Notes: generated from the letters alone by a model not told the origin. DNA of 63,909 nt, filler included, from Lama guanicoe (GCA_013239625.1; 76 parts of 75 records of this genome joined end to end with filler, not necessarily neighbours in it); one strand, 5' to 3'; shown: positions 24,907-37,290, numbered from the whole stretch's first letter. Numbers and translations are program-made.

Positions 24907-26039
24907 NNNNNNNNNNNNNNNNNNNNNNNNNNNNNNNNNNNNNNNNNNNNTTAATTAATTAANNNNNNNNNNNNNNNNNNNNNNNNNNNNNNNNNNNNNN
25001 NNNNNNAAATGTCTTTTCATCAGGTTCAAATTGGTTTGTTGTTATTTTATTGCATAAAAAAACAAACAACTTCTTGTTCCCTTGGTGAAAGTAAAAGCCT
25101 AACATTTTCTGATTTATTTTGACAGAGAAAACATGAGCCTATGAATCTAACCTCATCTGTGATGGTCTGCAGCTGGGAGCAACCAGATCAGTGTCAGTCC
25201 CTTTGCAGCCATTGGCTGGGAGGCTGCATGTTACCTGGAATGATATTTGAAACATGTCACACTAGCCTTGCCTTTGCTGTGGGCTGGGAGGCGAGTCAGT
25301 CAGAATCTGAATTTTGGAATGTATGTTTCAGATCCAAAGCTAGGAGATCTTTTTTAATAGCCAAAGAATATAGTCATAAGTATATCTATTAATGTATTTA
25401 TAATCTATAATGTATGTATTCAAGATTTTTTTATTATAAAAATTTACCCCGCAAAATTGAAAATGAAAGAACAGTGGAATTAAAAATCATCTGTACCTTA
25501 ATTATACATAAAGAATTTTAAAATCCTTCTAAACATTTTTTTGTTCAAATGAAGATATTTTTCCCTTACAAAAAGGAAAATTGTTATTTCACATTTTTTT
25601 GCTTTCTCCTTTTATTATATATTCCATATCAATAAATATAATTCTTTTAAATCCCTTTTAATGGCTGTTTAACACTATATTGAACAGATATGCAAATAGT
25701 CCTAGTTTTCAGAAATTTAAAAAATTGTCATTACAATACCACTGCAAAGAATATTTGGTGTTCCTATTTTTAGTTACTAATTTGGACTAAAAATTAACAA
25801 GTTTGCTTTTCTTCATCTAAAACATTGGTTATTATATGAATGAACTGTAAGGATTTTAAATAACTTATCCATAATTTCAACAAAGAAATTATCTTTAAGG
25901 CAANNNNNNNNNNNNNNNNNNNNNNNNNNNNNNNNNNNNNNNNNNNNTTAATTAATTAANNNNNNNNNNNNNNNNNNNNNNNNNNNNNNNNNNNNNNNNN
26001 NNNAAAAAGGGTCCATACCAGATGTAGAAGACTCTTTCT

Positions 26040-26328
26040 TTATATCTATATAAAGTCAGAGACAGTGATATAAAGTGCAGCAGCGGTCACAGTGCCACAG
26101 GGCCCTGTGCCAAGGAGTGTGAGCACCTCTGCAAGAGGGGGAAGGTAGGAAGACGAATCTCTCCCTAGAGCCTCGGTGTGGAACGTAGCCTTGGCCACAC
26201 GTTGGTTTTAGCCCAGTGACATTGACTTTGCACTTCTGCACCCTAGAACAGTGAGAAGATGAATGTGTATTGCTTTAAGCCACTGAGTCTGTGGTCCTTT
26301 GTTACACAGCAATAGGAAAGGAACTCAG
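26040..26328 (+). mobile_element. MaLR (MLT1-type) LTR
   Basis: gccaagga...tctctccctagagcctc...ttttagcccagtga...tagaacagtgaga...tttaagccactgagtctgtggtcctttgttacacagcaataggaa. Confidence 0.8.
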
Positions 26329-27523
26329 GAACCAACATGAACATGAACCACTGGCTGCCTGCTGTGCTGGCAGGAAGTCCTTTGACTCTGATCCTGGGGG
26401 AGTCTCCTGTCTTCTGGCAGCATTCACAAACTACCTCATGCTAACTTGGCAGCTTGCAGAGGGTTAAAACTTAACCCTGCAGAGTTCTTGATATTTAGTT
26501 AATAAAAATGATGCTGTCATCATGGGTATTTTTCCATCTTTTAAATACCCTTCAGTCTTCTAATAANNNNNNNNNNNNNNNNNNNNNNNNNNNNNNNNNN
26601 NNNNNNNNNNNNNNNNNNNNNNNNNNNNNNNNNNNNNNNNNNNNNNNNNNNNNNNNNNNNNNNNNNNNNNNNNNNNNNNNNNNNNNNNNNNNNNNNNNNN
26701 NNNNNNNNNNNNNNNNNNNNNNNNNNNNNNNNNNNNNNNNNNNNNNNNTATTAACTACAAGAAATGTTCCATGCTTTGTTCTATGATTTACTGTTAGAGT
26801 CTTAAAGAATAATATTTTCCTCAAGAGATATTATGGCGAAGGGATTTCTTTTGGTGGAACAGTTCCTACATCAAATCTGGTGCATGGCTCAGGCCACTGG
26901 GAACCTAGAGATGATAGAAATTAGGAGGCATTATAAACACAGTATCATTTTTAAAGGAATTAAACTGGATATGTGAAAACAGAGAATCAGAGAACATTCT
27001 GTTGAAATAAATGTATTTTTTAGCTTAAGCAAGACACGGGGTGANNNNNNNNNNNNNNNNNNNNNNNNNNNNNNNNNNNNNNNNNNNNTTAATTAATTAA
27101 NNNNNNNNNNNNNNNNNNNNNNNNNNNNNNNNNNNNNNNNNNNNAGTCGTGGAGTCAGAAGCCCTGGGGAAAACCTTGCAGCTTGCTTGTATTTTTAACC
27201 TCTTTATTCCAGAACTGTCACAGCTAAATGAGTTAACTAATGTTTGTAGACATGCTTAGTACAATTAGAGTTATCACATATCAGTAGATGTAATTCTTAT
27301 AACTCACTATAAAATTGTTAGAAAGGGAGAATATTTATGGAATATTATCAGGAAAAATTTTTTTAGGAAATTTGCTCTGTCCAAATATATACAGAGCTAA
27401 GGCTCTTACTGTGAGGGGAGCTGNNNNNNNNNNNNNNNNNNNNNNNNNNNNNNNNNNNNNNNNNNNNTTAATTAATTAANNNNNNNNNNNNNNNNNNNNN
27501 NNNNNNNNNNNNNNNNNNNNNNN

Positions 27524-27917
27524 CCGTTGGTGGAACCTCCCAACGCTCAGGATTCCGGAACTATTGTCAGTGTGTGGGGGACCTCGAGAGAAAACTCCAC
27601 GCAGCTCTCTTCATTCACAGGAGTTCCCTGTCCGTGGAAGTCCGGGAAATACCTTCCCTGATCTTGGGGAGGCAGCGTATCTCACTGGGATATCCTGCAA
27701 ACCCCCTTAACATTCCCTGGCACAGTGACATTAGGAAAACCCTCAGGGGAGACGAGCTTAGGCATTCCGTTAGAACCCACGCGCTGCCGACCGTTGGTGG
27801 AACCTCCCCACGCTCAGGATTCCGGAACAATTGTCAGTGCGTGGGGGAGCTCGAGAGACAACTCCAAACAACTCTCTTCATTCACAGGAGTTCCCTGTTC
27901 GGGTAAGTCTGGGAAAT
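27524..27917 (+). repeat. 267-bp GC-rich satellite
   Basis: ccgttggtggaacctcc occurs at 27524 and 27791 (267 bp apart). Confidence 0.95.
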
Positions 27918-28017
27918 NNNNNNNNNNNNNNNNNNNNNNNNNNNNNNNNNNNNNNNNNNNNTTAATTAATTAANNNNNNNNNNNNNNNNNNNNNNNNNNN
28001 NNNNNNNNNNNNNNNNN

Positions 28018-28571
28018 CCTGTGAGTTAAGAGAGCTGCGTAGAGTTTTCTCTCCACCTCGCCGACGAACTGAATATGGTTCCGGAATCCTGAGGGTGTGG
28101 AGGTTCCACCAACGGTCGGCAGCGAGTGTGTTCTAACGGAATTGCCAAGCTCGTCTCCCCTGAGGATTTTCCTAATGTCTCTGTGCCATGGAATGCTAGG
28201 GGTGTTTGCAGGAAGTCCCAGGGACAGAGGCTGCCTCCCCNNNNNNNNNNNNNNNNNNNNNNNNNNNNNNNNNNNNNNNNNNNNNNNNNNNNNNNNNNNN
28301 NNNGAGCTCCCCCACGCACTGACAATTGTTCCGGAATCCTGAGCGTGGGGAGGTTCCACCAACGGTCGGCAGCGCGTGGGTTCTAACGGAATGCCTAAGC
28401 TCGTCTCCCCTGAGGGTTTTCCTAATGTCTCTGTGATAGAGAATGCTAGGGGCGTTTGCAGGAAGTCCCAGGGACAGTGGCTGGCTCCCCAAGGTCAGGG
28501 AAGGTATTTCTCGGACTTCCCTAAACAGGGAAAACCTGTGACTGAAGAGAGCTGCGTGGAGTTGTCTCTCG
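28018..28571 (-). repeat. 267-bp GC-rich satellite
   Basis: Reverse complement of the 27524 monomer; two partial copies. Confidence 0.95.
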
Positions 28572-28671
28572 NNNNNNNNNNNNNNNNNNNNNNNNNNNNN
28601 NNNNNNNNNNNNNNNTTAATTAATTAANNNNNNNNNNNNNNNNNNNNNNNNNNNNNNNNNNNNNNNNNNNN

Positions 28672-29490
28672 ACCCACGCGCTGCCGACCATTGGTGGAAC
28701 CTCCCCACGCTCAGGAATCCAGAAAAATTGTCAGTGCGTGGGGAGCTCGAGGGACAAATCCACGCAGCTCTCTTCAGTCACAGGTTTTCCCTGTTAGGGG
28801 GAATTCTGAGAAATACCTTCCCTGAACTTGGGGAGGCAGCCTCAGTCACTGGGATTTCCTGCAAACCCCCCTGGCATTCCCTGGCACAGAGATATTACGA
28901 AAAACCCAGGGGAGACGAGCTTAGGCATTCCGCTAGAACCCACGCGCTGACGACCGAGGAACCTCCCTCATGATTCCGGAATCATTGTCACTGCGTGGGG
29001 AGCTCGAGAGATAACTCCACGCAGCTCTCTTCAGTCACAGGTGTTCCCTGTTAGGGGGAATTCTGAGAAAAACCTTCCCTGACATTGGGGAGGCAGCCTC
29101 TATCCCTGGGATTTCTTGCAAACCGCCCTAGCATTCCCTGGCACAAAGACATTAGGAAAAACCCCAGGGGAGTCGAGCTTAGGGATTCCGTTAGAAACCA
29201 CGCGCTGCCGACCGTTGGTGGAACCTCCCCACGCTCAGGAATCCGGAAAAATTGTCAGTGCGTGGGGAGTTCGAGGGACAACTCCACGCAGCTCTCTTCA
29301 GTCACAGGTGTTCCCTGTAAGGGGGAATTCTGGGAAATTACTTCCCTGACCTTGGGGAGGCACCCCCCTAGCCTGGCACAGAGACATTAGGAAAATCCCA
29401 GGGGAGACGAGCTTAGGCGTTCCGTTAGAACCCACTCGCTGCCCACCGTTGGTGGAACCTCCCCAAGCTCAGGATTCCGGAACGGAACCA
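28672..29490 (+). repeat. 267-bp satellite with internally deleted monomers
   Basis: Same motifs; successive gagcttagg markers are about 258 and 234 bp apart. Confidence 0.95.
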
Positions 29491-29590
29491 NNNNNNNNNN
29501 NNNNNNNNNNNNNNNNNNNNNNNNNNNNNNNNNNTTAATTAATTAANNNNNNNNNNNNNNNNNNNNNNNNNNNNNNNNNNNNNNNNNNNN

Positions 29591-30385
29591 ATCTCTCAGA
29601 ACTGAGCATGTGGAGAGACGTTCGTTCATCCAGCATCAATGGAACGTGTTGCAGGAGAAACATTTACTCTGGTTTCTCAGTCTGTTTCTAGTGCCGGTTT
29701 GAAGTGCCTGCCGTTTTCACTGTAAAACCAAGTTGGAGCTTGTACCTCCACATATATATATATGGAGTGGAGTTGGCAACTGAAAAGAAACTTTGTGTTC
29801 CNNNNNNNNNNNNNNNNNNNNNNNNNNNNNNNNNNNNNNNNNNNNNNNNNNNNNNNNNNNNNNNNNNNNNNNNNNNNNNNNNNNNNNNNNNNNNNNNNNN
29901 NNNNNNNNNNNNNNNNNNNNNNNNNNNNNNNNNNNNNNNNNNNNNNNNNNNNNNNNNNNNNNNNNNNNNNNNNNNNNNNNNNNNNNNNNNNNNNNNNNNN
30001 NNNNNNNNNNNNNNNNNNNNNNNNNNNNNNNNNNNNNNNNNNNNNNNNNNNNNNNNNNNNNNNNNNNNNNNNNNNNNNNNNNNNNNNNNNNNNNNNNNNN
30101 NNNNNNNNNNNNNNNNNNNNNNNNNNNNNNNNNNNNNNNNNNNNNNNNNCCTTACTCTGTCAGTCTGTTTCCTAGTGCCGGTTTGAAGTGCCTGCCGTTT
30201 TCACTGTAAAACCGAGTTGGAGCTTGTACCTCCCCATATATATGTATGGAGTGGAGTTGGCAACTGAAATGAAACTTTGTGTTCCCTTCAAGTTAGGGGA
30301 TGGACGGCTTTCACACACAGTTTTCTCTCAGAACTAAGCATGTGGAGAGAAGTTCGTTCATCCAGCACCAAGGGAACGGGTTGCA
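29591..30385 (-). repeat. ~249-bp satellite
   Basis: ctagtgccggtttgaagtgcctgccgttttcactgtaaaacc is repeated; reverse complement of the 35627 monomer. Confidence 0.95.
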
Positions 30386-30485
30386 NNNNNNNNNNNNNNN
30401 NNNNNNNNNNNNNNNNNNNNNNNNNNNNNTTAATTAATTAANNNNNNNNNNNNNNNNNNNNNNNNNNNNNNNNNNNNNNNNNNNN

Positions 30486-31106
30486 TGTGGAGGTACTACT
30501 TCCAACTCGGATTTACAATGAAAACTGCATGAACTTCAAACCAACACTAGGAAACATACTGAGAATCCAGTGTAGGTTTTTCTACTGGAAACCGTTACCT
30601 TTATGCTAGACAAACGAATGTCTCTCCACATTCTCAATACTCAGAACTGAATGAGTGTTGAAGCCATCCTTTACCTACCTTGTTGGAAACCCAGAGTTTC
30701 AGTCCAATGGAAACTACGCTTCTTTCATATATATAGGGATTTACTAACACGGACTTGGTTTTACACTGCAAACCACTTTTATTTGAAACCGGCTTTGAGA
30801 AACATGCAGACAACTCAGAGAATTTGTTTCTGTATATCACTTAACCTTCAATGCTGGATGAAAAAACGCCTCTCCACAGGCTTACTTCTGACATCTGAAT
30901 TTGTTTTGGAGACTTCCTTCACCTAACTTGTTGGAAAACCAGATTTTCTGTTATAGGGGAACTGCACTTGTTACATATCTAAGGGGAGGAACTTGCTCCA
31001 ACTTGTTTTTCACACTAAATCGCTTTTACATTGAAATCGGCATTAGGAAACATGTTGAATTTTAGAGAGTGTGTGTCTATATTACCTCTGCATTTTATGC
31101 TGCATG
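30486..31106 (+). repeat. Diverged ~249-bp satellite with heterogeneous monomers
   Basis: The 'ccaactcggttttaca'-type marker occurs at about 30502, 30750 and 30998. Confidence 0.9.
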
Positions 31107-31206
31107 NNNNNNNNNNNNNNNNNNNNNNNNNNNNNNNNNNNNNNNNNNNNTTAATTAATTAANNNNNNNNNNNNNNNNNNNNNNNNNNNNNNNNNNNNNN
31201 NNNNNN

Positions 31207-32128
31207 ACAGCAGCACCTGGGTTCTTTTAGAATCCCTTAGCTTGTGTTCCCTGAGAGTTTACATAGGCCATGCTTTGATCTAATGTGGGTTTGGTCTCTA
31301 TAGCTAGGTTTTAGCGAGTGCCTCTCTATGGGCATGGAGGTTTTTAAAAAATACATCCCTAACCTTTAAACACCTGCCCCCAATATAAATGCGTGGTCTC
31401 TCTTTCCCCACCTCCAACACACCCACGAAGAATAGTTCTGGTCTACTGATTGTGGGTAGGCACCTCCAAATGACAGCAGCAACTGGGAACTTATAATATC
31501 ATTTGGCTTGCTTTCCCTGAGTGTTTCCATTGGCCAGGCTGTGAGCGAAGTTGGGTGTTTGGCACTAAAGACTTGTAATAGCGAGTGACTCTCTATGGGC
31601 AGTGGATGTGTTTAAAACACATCCCCAAACTTGGAACAACTGTGCCCCCACAAAAATGCGTCGACCCAGCTTCCCCAACTCCAGCACACACACGAAGACG
31701 GGTTGAGGTTTCCTGAGTGTGGGGAGGCACCTACAACTGACAGCAGGGCCTGGGTTCTAATACAATCCATTAACTTGTCTTCAGTGATGGCTAGCCTAGG
31801 CAAAAAAAAGGGTTGGGCTCTAAAACCAAGTATTATTGAGTGCCTCTCCACGGGATTTGAAGTGGTTTAACCTACAACCAAATATTTGGGAATACCTGTG
31901 CCCCCTGAAAGTTGCAAGGACACTGTATCCCCACCTTCAGCACACACACGATGTGGTGTTCTAGTATCCTGAGTGTGGGGAGGCTCCTCCACCTGACAGC
32001 AGCACCTGGGATCTCATAGAATCACTTGGCTTGATTTCCCTGAGGGTTTCCATAGGCCGGGCTGTGAGCGAAGTTGTTTTTGGACACTAAATCAAAGTAA
32101 TAGCGAGTGCCTCCCTATGAGCAGTGGA
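31207..32128 (-). repeat. Older diverged subfamily of the 267-bp satellite
   Basis: acagcag..ctggg occurs at 31207, 31473, 31740 and 31996 (spacings 266/267/256). atcctgagtgtggggagg...gcagcacctgggttctaatagaatcccttagctt aligns to atcctgagcgtggggagg...gcagcgcgtgggttctaacggaatgcctaagctc. Confidence 0.88.
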
Positions 32129-32230
32129 NNNNNNNNNNNNNNNNNNNNNNNNNNNNNNNNNNNNNNNNNNNNTTAATTAATTAANNNNNNNNNNNNNNNN
32201 NNNNNNNNNNNNNNNNNNNNNNNNNNNNGT

Positions 32231-32542
32231 CCCGCAGCTCCTGCTGCTCCTCAAGGTCCCGCAGCTCCCGCTGTTTCTAAAAGTCCTGAAGACGCTGCAC
32301 CTGCAGCTGGACCGCTGGGCCACGGACAGCCAGTTCAGGCGTCAGCAGCCCCTGGGGCTGAGCCCCCTCTGCGCCCACCCGCACCTTCTTCTTCAAAATC
32401 CCACCGAGAATCCCCTCCCGCACCCGACCTTGACTTCCATTCCCCTGAAGTGATTTGTGTTTTGTTTTTCTTCACAACTTGCCTCTGTTTCTTTCATATC
32501 GGTTATGGCATCCTTTATCTTGCCTTTTTAAGTGTCTTTTAA
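32231..32542 (+). CDS. 3' end of an unidentified Pro/Ala-rich protein with a hydrophobic C-terminus (partial, 103 codons)
   Basis: Open from the scaffold start: PAAPAAPQGPAAPAVSKSPEDAAPAAGPLGHGQPVQASAAPGAEPPLRPPAPSSSKSHRESPPAPDLDFHSPEVICVLFFFTTCLCFFHIGYGILYLAFLSVF*. TAA (32540-32542) overlaps AATAAA (32541-32546). This frame is absent from the supplied ORF track. Confidence 0.6.
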   Translation, partial: PAAPAAPQGPAAPAVSKSPEDAAPAAGPLGHGQPVQASAAPGAEPPLRPPAPSSSKSHRESPPAPDLDFHSPEVICVLFFFTTCLCFFHIGYGILYLAFLSVF

Positions 32543-33392
32543 TAAAATATAGACTTTGTCCCTCTGAAATTGTGCAATTCAGGAGCACTAGGTGCCTTCA
32601 CGATGCCGTGCAAGCATCACTGCCATGCAGGCTCACACCATTCCTTTATTCAAAGTAAAAACTTGGATCCACAGCACGCACTGCCCCCCACGCCCTCNNN
32701 NNNNNNNNNNNNNNNNNNNNNNNNNNNNNNNNNNNNNNNNNTTAATTAATTAANNNNNNNNNNNNNNNNNNNNNNNNNNNNNNNNNNNNNNNNNNNNTGG
32801 AATGCTTTGAGAACAGCACAAAGAAGACCATAGATAAAATTACTTCGTAAATTCTAGCACATACAGAATAAGCCATCTGAGACTACATCATGTGAAATTC
32901 ATGATACCAGGGATGACATAAGAGAGACCATGATCCCTGGGCCGGAACCTGCATTTATCTCCTGTTCCAACCTATCCTAACTTAACACTTTTAATACTTT
33001 CCAGGATGAACCAGAAACCACTTACTTTTCCCTCTCTCTATGTTTTAGTCTTCTTCCAAATTCTTCCATTTTCTCTTCTTCCTTACAAGAAATTATTTAA
33101 ATTTATTCCTATATTTTTCCATCAAATGATCATATCAATCAAATATCTCTTTTTTCTTCAAATGGTAACTTAGTCTCCGTTTAACTCTTTTCTCTATTTT
33201 AAAAAAATATAAGGAAAATACAGGTACACACCTATGTTTATTTTTCAAATAAGAAAAATGCAGATATTTGTCGACATTTGCCAACATCAATTNNNNNNNN
33301 NNNNNNNNNNNNNNNNNNNNNNNNNNNNNNNNNNNNTTAATTAATTAANNNNNNNNNNNNNNNNNNNNNNNNNNNNNNNNNNNNNNNNNNNN

Positions 33393-33832
33393 AAGAACGC
33401 AGAATACAGAACCCAGAATTTAGAACATGGAATTCAGAAAAGAGTTTAGAATATAGGGTACAGTATACAAAATATAGAATGTAGAATATTGAATGAAGAA
33501 CACAGAATATAGAATTTAGAATACAGAATACAGAACCCAGAATTTAGAACATGGAATTCAGAACACATTATATAGAATATAGAATACAGAAATAAAATGT
33601 AGAATATAGAATGCAGAACACAGAATATAGAGAATATAGAACACAGAATATAGAATATAGTATGAAGAATTTACAACACAGAATATAGAATATAGAATAC
33701 AGAATACAGAACCCAGAACTTAGAACATGGAATTCAGAACAAACTATTTAGAAATTAGAATACAGAATCTAGAATATACAATCTAGAATACAGAATGTAG
33801 AACACAGTATATAGATATAGAATTCAGAATAC
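33393..33832 (+). repeat. AT-rich heptamer satellite
   Basis: AGAATAT-variant 7-mers. Confidence 0.95.
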
Positions 33833-33932
33833 NNNNNNNNNNNNNNNNNNNNNNNNNNNNNNNNNNNNNNNNNNNNTTAATTAATTAANNNNNNNNNNNN
33901 NNNNNNNNNNNNNNNNNNNNNNNNNNNNNNNN

Positions 33933-34589
33933 TATATTCTAAATTCTATATTCAGTATTCTGTATGTTATATTCTAAATTCAGTGTTCTGCATTCTATAA
34001 TCTAAACTTTATATTCAGTTTTCTGAATTCTATATTCTAAATTCTGTGTTCTTCATTCCATATTCTAAATTCTGGTATCAATAATCTCTATTCTATATTC
34101 CATATTTTGTGTTCTTCATTCTATATTCTTTATTCTATATTCTGCATTCCGTATTCTATATTCTTTATACTGTGTTGTACATTCTATGTTCTAAATACTA
34201 TATTCAGTATCCTGTATACTGTATTCTAAATTCTGTGTTCTACATTCCATGTTTAAAATTCAGGGTTCTGTATTCTGTTTTACGTATTTTATGTTCTGTG
34301 TTCTATATTCTATATTCTGTATTCTATATTCTACATTCCGTATTCTATATTCTATATTCTGTGTGCTACATTGTATATACTAAATTCTATATTCAGTATT
34401 CTGTATACTCTATTCTAAATTCTGTGTTCTGACTGTATTCCATGTTCTAAATTCTCGCTTCTATATTCTCTATTCTTTATTTTGTGTTCTTCATTCTATG
34501 TTCTACATTCTATGTTCTATAAGTTTTATACTGTGTTCTTCATTCTATATTATAAATTCTATATTCAGTATTCTGTGTTCTATATTGTA
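33933..34589 (-). repeat. AT-rich heptamer satellite
   Basis: ATATTCT-variant 7-mers. Confidence 0.95.
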
Positions 34590-34689
34590 NNNNNNNNNNN
34601 NNNNNNNNNNNNNNNNNNNNNNNNNNNNNNNNNTTAATTAATTAANNNNNNNNNNNNNNNNNNNNNNNNNNNNNNNNNNNNNNNNNNNN

Positions 34690-35400
34690 TGAGAAAATTT
34701 TGGAAATGTGTATTCAAGCAGAGGTTAATATCCAAAATGTATAAAAACTCATACAACATAAAAACAAGAACAAGGAACAAACCCACCAATTCAATGAAAA
34801 AATAGACAGAATAAATAAACAGATATTTTTGCAAAGAGCTCCAAAAGTCACACGAAAAGATGCTCAATATCTCTATTGATCAGAGAAATGCAAACCAAAG
34901 CCGAAATGGGATATGACCTCACACCTGTTAGAATATCCATCATCAAGAAGACACAACAGGTGGGGCAAGAATGTGGTGAAAAGAGAACCCTTTCAAATTG
35001 TTGTTTGGAATGTAAAGTGGCCTAAACACTTTGGAAAACAGTACGACTGTAGCAAAAAAATTAAGAACAGATCTATTATACAATCTAACATTTCCGTTTC
35101 TGCATATATACACCCAAAGAGTATGAGAAATTCAATGTGCATTTTGGTGAAGTGTATGCATGCCCATGTTACAGCATTATGTGCAACAGCACAAATTAGG
35201 GAAACCCAAATGCCTATCAGCAGATGAGTAAATAAAAGTATGTGGAATGTGCACAATTGTACGGTATGCATCCAAGAGAAAGAAGGATATTCTTCAATTT
35301 GCTAAAAGATGAATGGAGTTTAAGCACATTATGTAAATGAGTTAATTTGGAAATAAAAGACAACTGGTATATAAGATCACTGATATGTAGAATAATGGAA
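34690..35400 (+). mobile_element. LINE-1 ORF2 3' end and 3' UTR fragment, degraded
   Basis: Contains ggttaatatccaaaatgtataaaaactcatacaac, gaaaagatgctcaatatc...cagagaaatgcaaaccaaa and acctcacacctgttagaat. Confidence 0.85.
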
Positions 35401-35626
35401 ACATCATGAAAATAAATATAAATGTATTATATATAACATAGATGTATAAAATATATATGCAATATCATATAATATGAGGGGTGAAAAGGTAAATTTTATC
35501 ATTACTTTATGCAAGTGACGTTCAGANNNNNNNNNNNNNNNNNNNNNNNNNNNNNNNNNNNNNNNNNNNNTTAATTAATTAANNNNNNNNNNNNNNNNNN
35601 NNNNNNNNNNNNNNNNNNNNNNNNNN

Positions 35627-36282
35627 TCCTGCAACCTGTTCCTTTTGTGCTAGATAAATGAACGTGTCCCCACATGCTAAATTTTCAGAGTTAGTCGTGT
35701 GTAAAGCCGTCCTTCACCTCGCTTGTTGGGAACACTAAGTATCTCTTCAGTTGCAGACTCCACTCCATACATATATATGGGTAGGTACAAGTTCCAACTC
35801 GGTTTTACAGTGAAAACTGCAGGAACTTCAAACCGGCACTAGGAAACAGACTGACAAAGCAGAGTAAGTGTGTCTCCTGCAAGCTGTTCCCTCTGTGCTA
35901 GATGAAAGAACGTCTCTCCACATGCTCAGTTTAGAGAGTTAAGCTTGTGTGAAAGCCGTCTTTCACCTAGCTTTTTGGGAACACAAAGTTTCTCTTTATT
36001 TTCAATCACCAATCCATACATATATATGGGGAGGTATAAGTTCCAACTCGGTTTTACAGTGAAAACTGCAGGAACTTCAAACCGGCACTAGGAAACAGAC
36101 TGAGAAACCAGAGTAAGTGTTTTACCTGCAACCTGTTGCCTTGGTGCTAGATGAACGAACGTCTCTCCACATACTCAGTTTAGAGAGTTAAGCGTGTTTG
36201 AAAGCCGTCCTTCACCAAGCTTTTTGGGAACAGAAAGTTTCTCTTTATTTTCAATCACCAATCCATACATATATATGGGGAG
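35627..36282 (+). repeat. ~249-bp satellite (homogeneous form)
   Basis: gttccaactcggttttacagtgaaaactgcaggaacttcaaaccggcactagg occurs at 35791 and 36040; aaagccgtc at 35703, 35952 and 36201 (249 bp period). Confidence 0.95.
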
Positions 36283-37290
36283 NNNNNNNNNNNNNNNNNN
36301 NNNNNNNNNNNNNNNNNNNNNNNNNNTTAATTAATTAANNNNNNNNNNNNNNNNNNNNNNNNNNNNNNNNNNNNNNNNNNNNGGGTTTGCCTGCACGTGC
36401 TGCCACTGAACCACGTGATCCTGAGTCAGCTAGTTCTGAGTTTTCCCTTCATCTGTGAGAAGGGGACGCTCATATCTGCTTTGTAGAATTGTGAGAATTA
36501 GTAATTATGTAACGTGTTTAACACAGTGGGTACGTCAAGAGAGCTCATAAACTTTAGCTGCTGTTTTGTGTGAAGCCATCATTTTATAGTCTTTGGTAAT
36601 TACAAAGAAACAAGAAAATAAGAAAAGCTGATTTTATGATGAAAGATATTTGAGGAGGTTCCATAATTCCTACACCCATAATTTAGCATCAGCAGAGTCA
36701 GAACTGTTACACAGTCGCCCTGGACCAACGTTAAGCCACAGAAATTTTTGTTACTTCATATATGTTGGGGCCTAAGGGGAACCAATACTTATACACATGT
36801 CTCCAGCAGCCAACTGAGAGATGACACAAAGGAGTAGGCAGGCGTTAAATGTCTTCTTTGTTACTGATGAAGCCACATTCTCCATGAACTTCAGGGCTGT
36901 GGGTAAATGAGTGTCATGATACTGTGTTCCTGTGTCATGGTACAGTATCATGACAGAAGTAGAGACTCACCCTGTCCCAGGTATCTCTGGGCCACAGCAA
37001 GCCTTCCCTTGAGAGAATGTGCCCCATCATGCACGGGGCTGTTCTGCAATGGAGCTGAGCATCCAGGTGCTTCCCTAGGGTAGTAAACACTGGAGGGAAA
37101 GGAAGGGTTTCACANNNNNNNNNNNNNNNNNNNNNNNNNNNNNNNNNNNNNNNNNNNNTTAATTAATTAANNNNNNNNNNNNNNNNNNNNNNNNNNNNNN
37201 NNNNNNNNNNNNNNGGAGCACATGCAGAAGACATCTTGGCATCTGTCTAACAATGCTAAGCACCTGACTAATACCTGAGCACCCGTTCTC

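Noticed and set aside
27764..27781. CENP-B-box-like TTCCGTTAGAACCCACG in the 267-bp satellite
   Set aside because: It lacks the required TTCG....A..CGGG core.
27574..29390. Recurring peptides such as PLEPTRCRPLVEPPHAQDSG
   Set aside because: They are translations of the 267-bp satellite, and frames shift between monomers.
27524..32128. Apparent cluster and orientation switches of different satellites
   Set aside because: They are separate scaffolds; order and strand are arbitrary.
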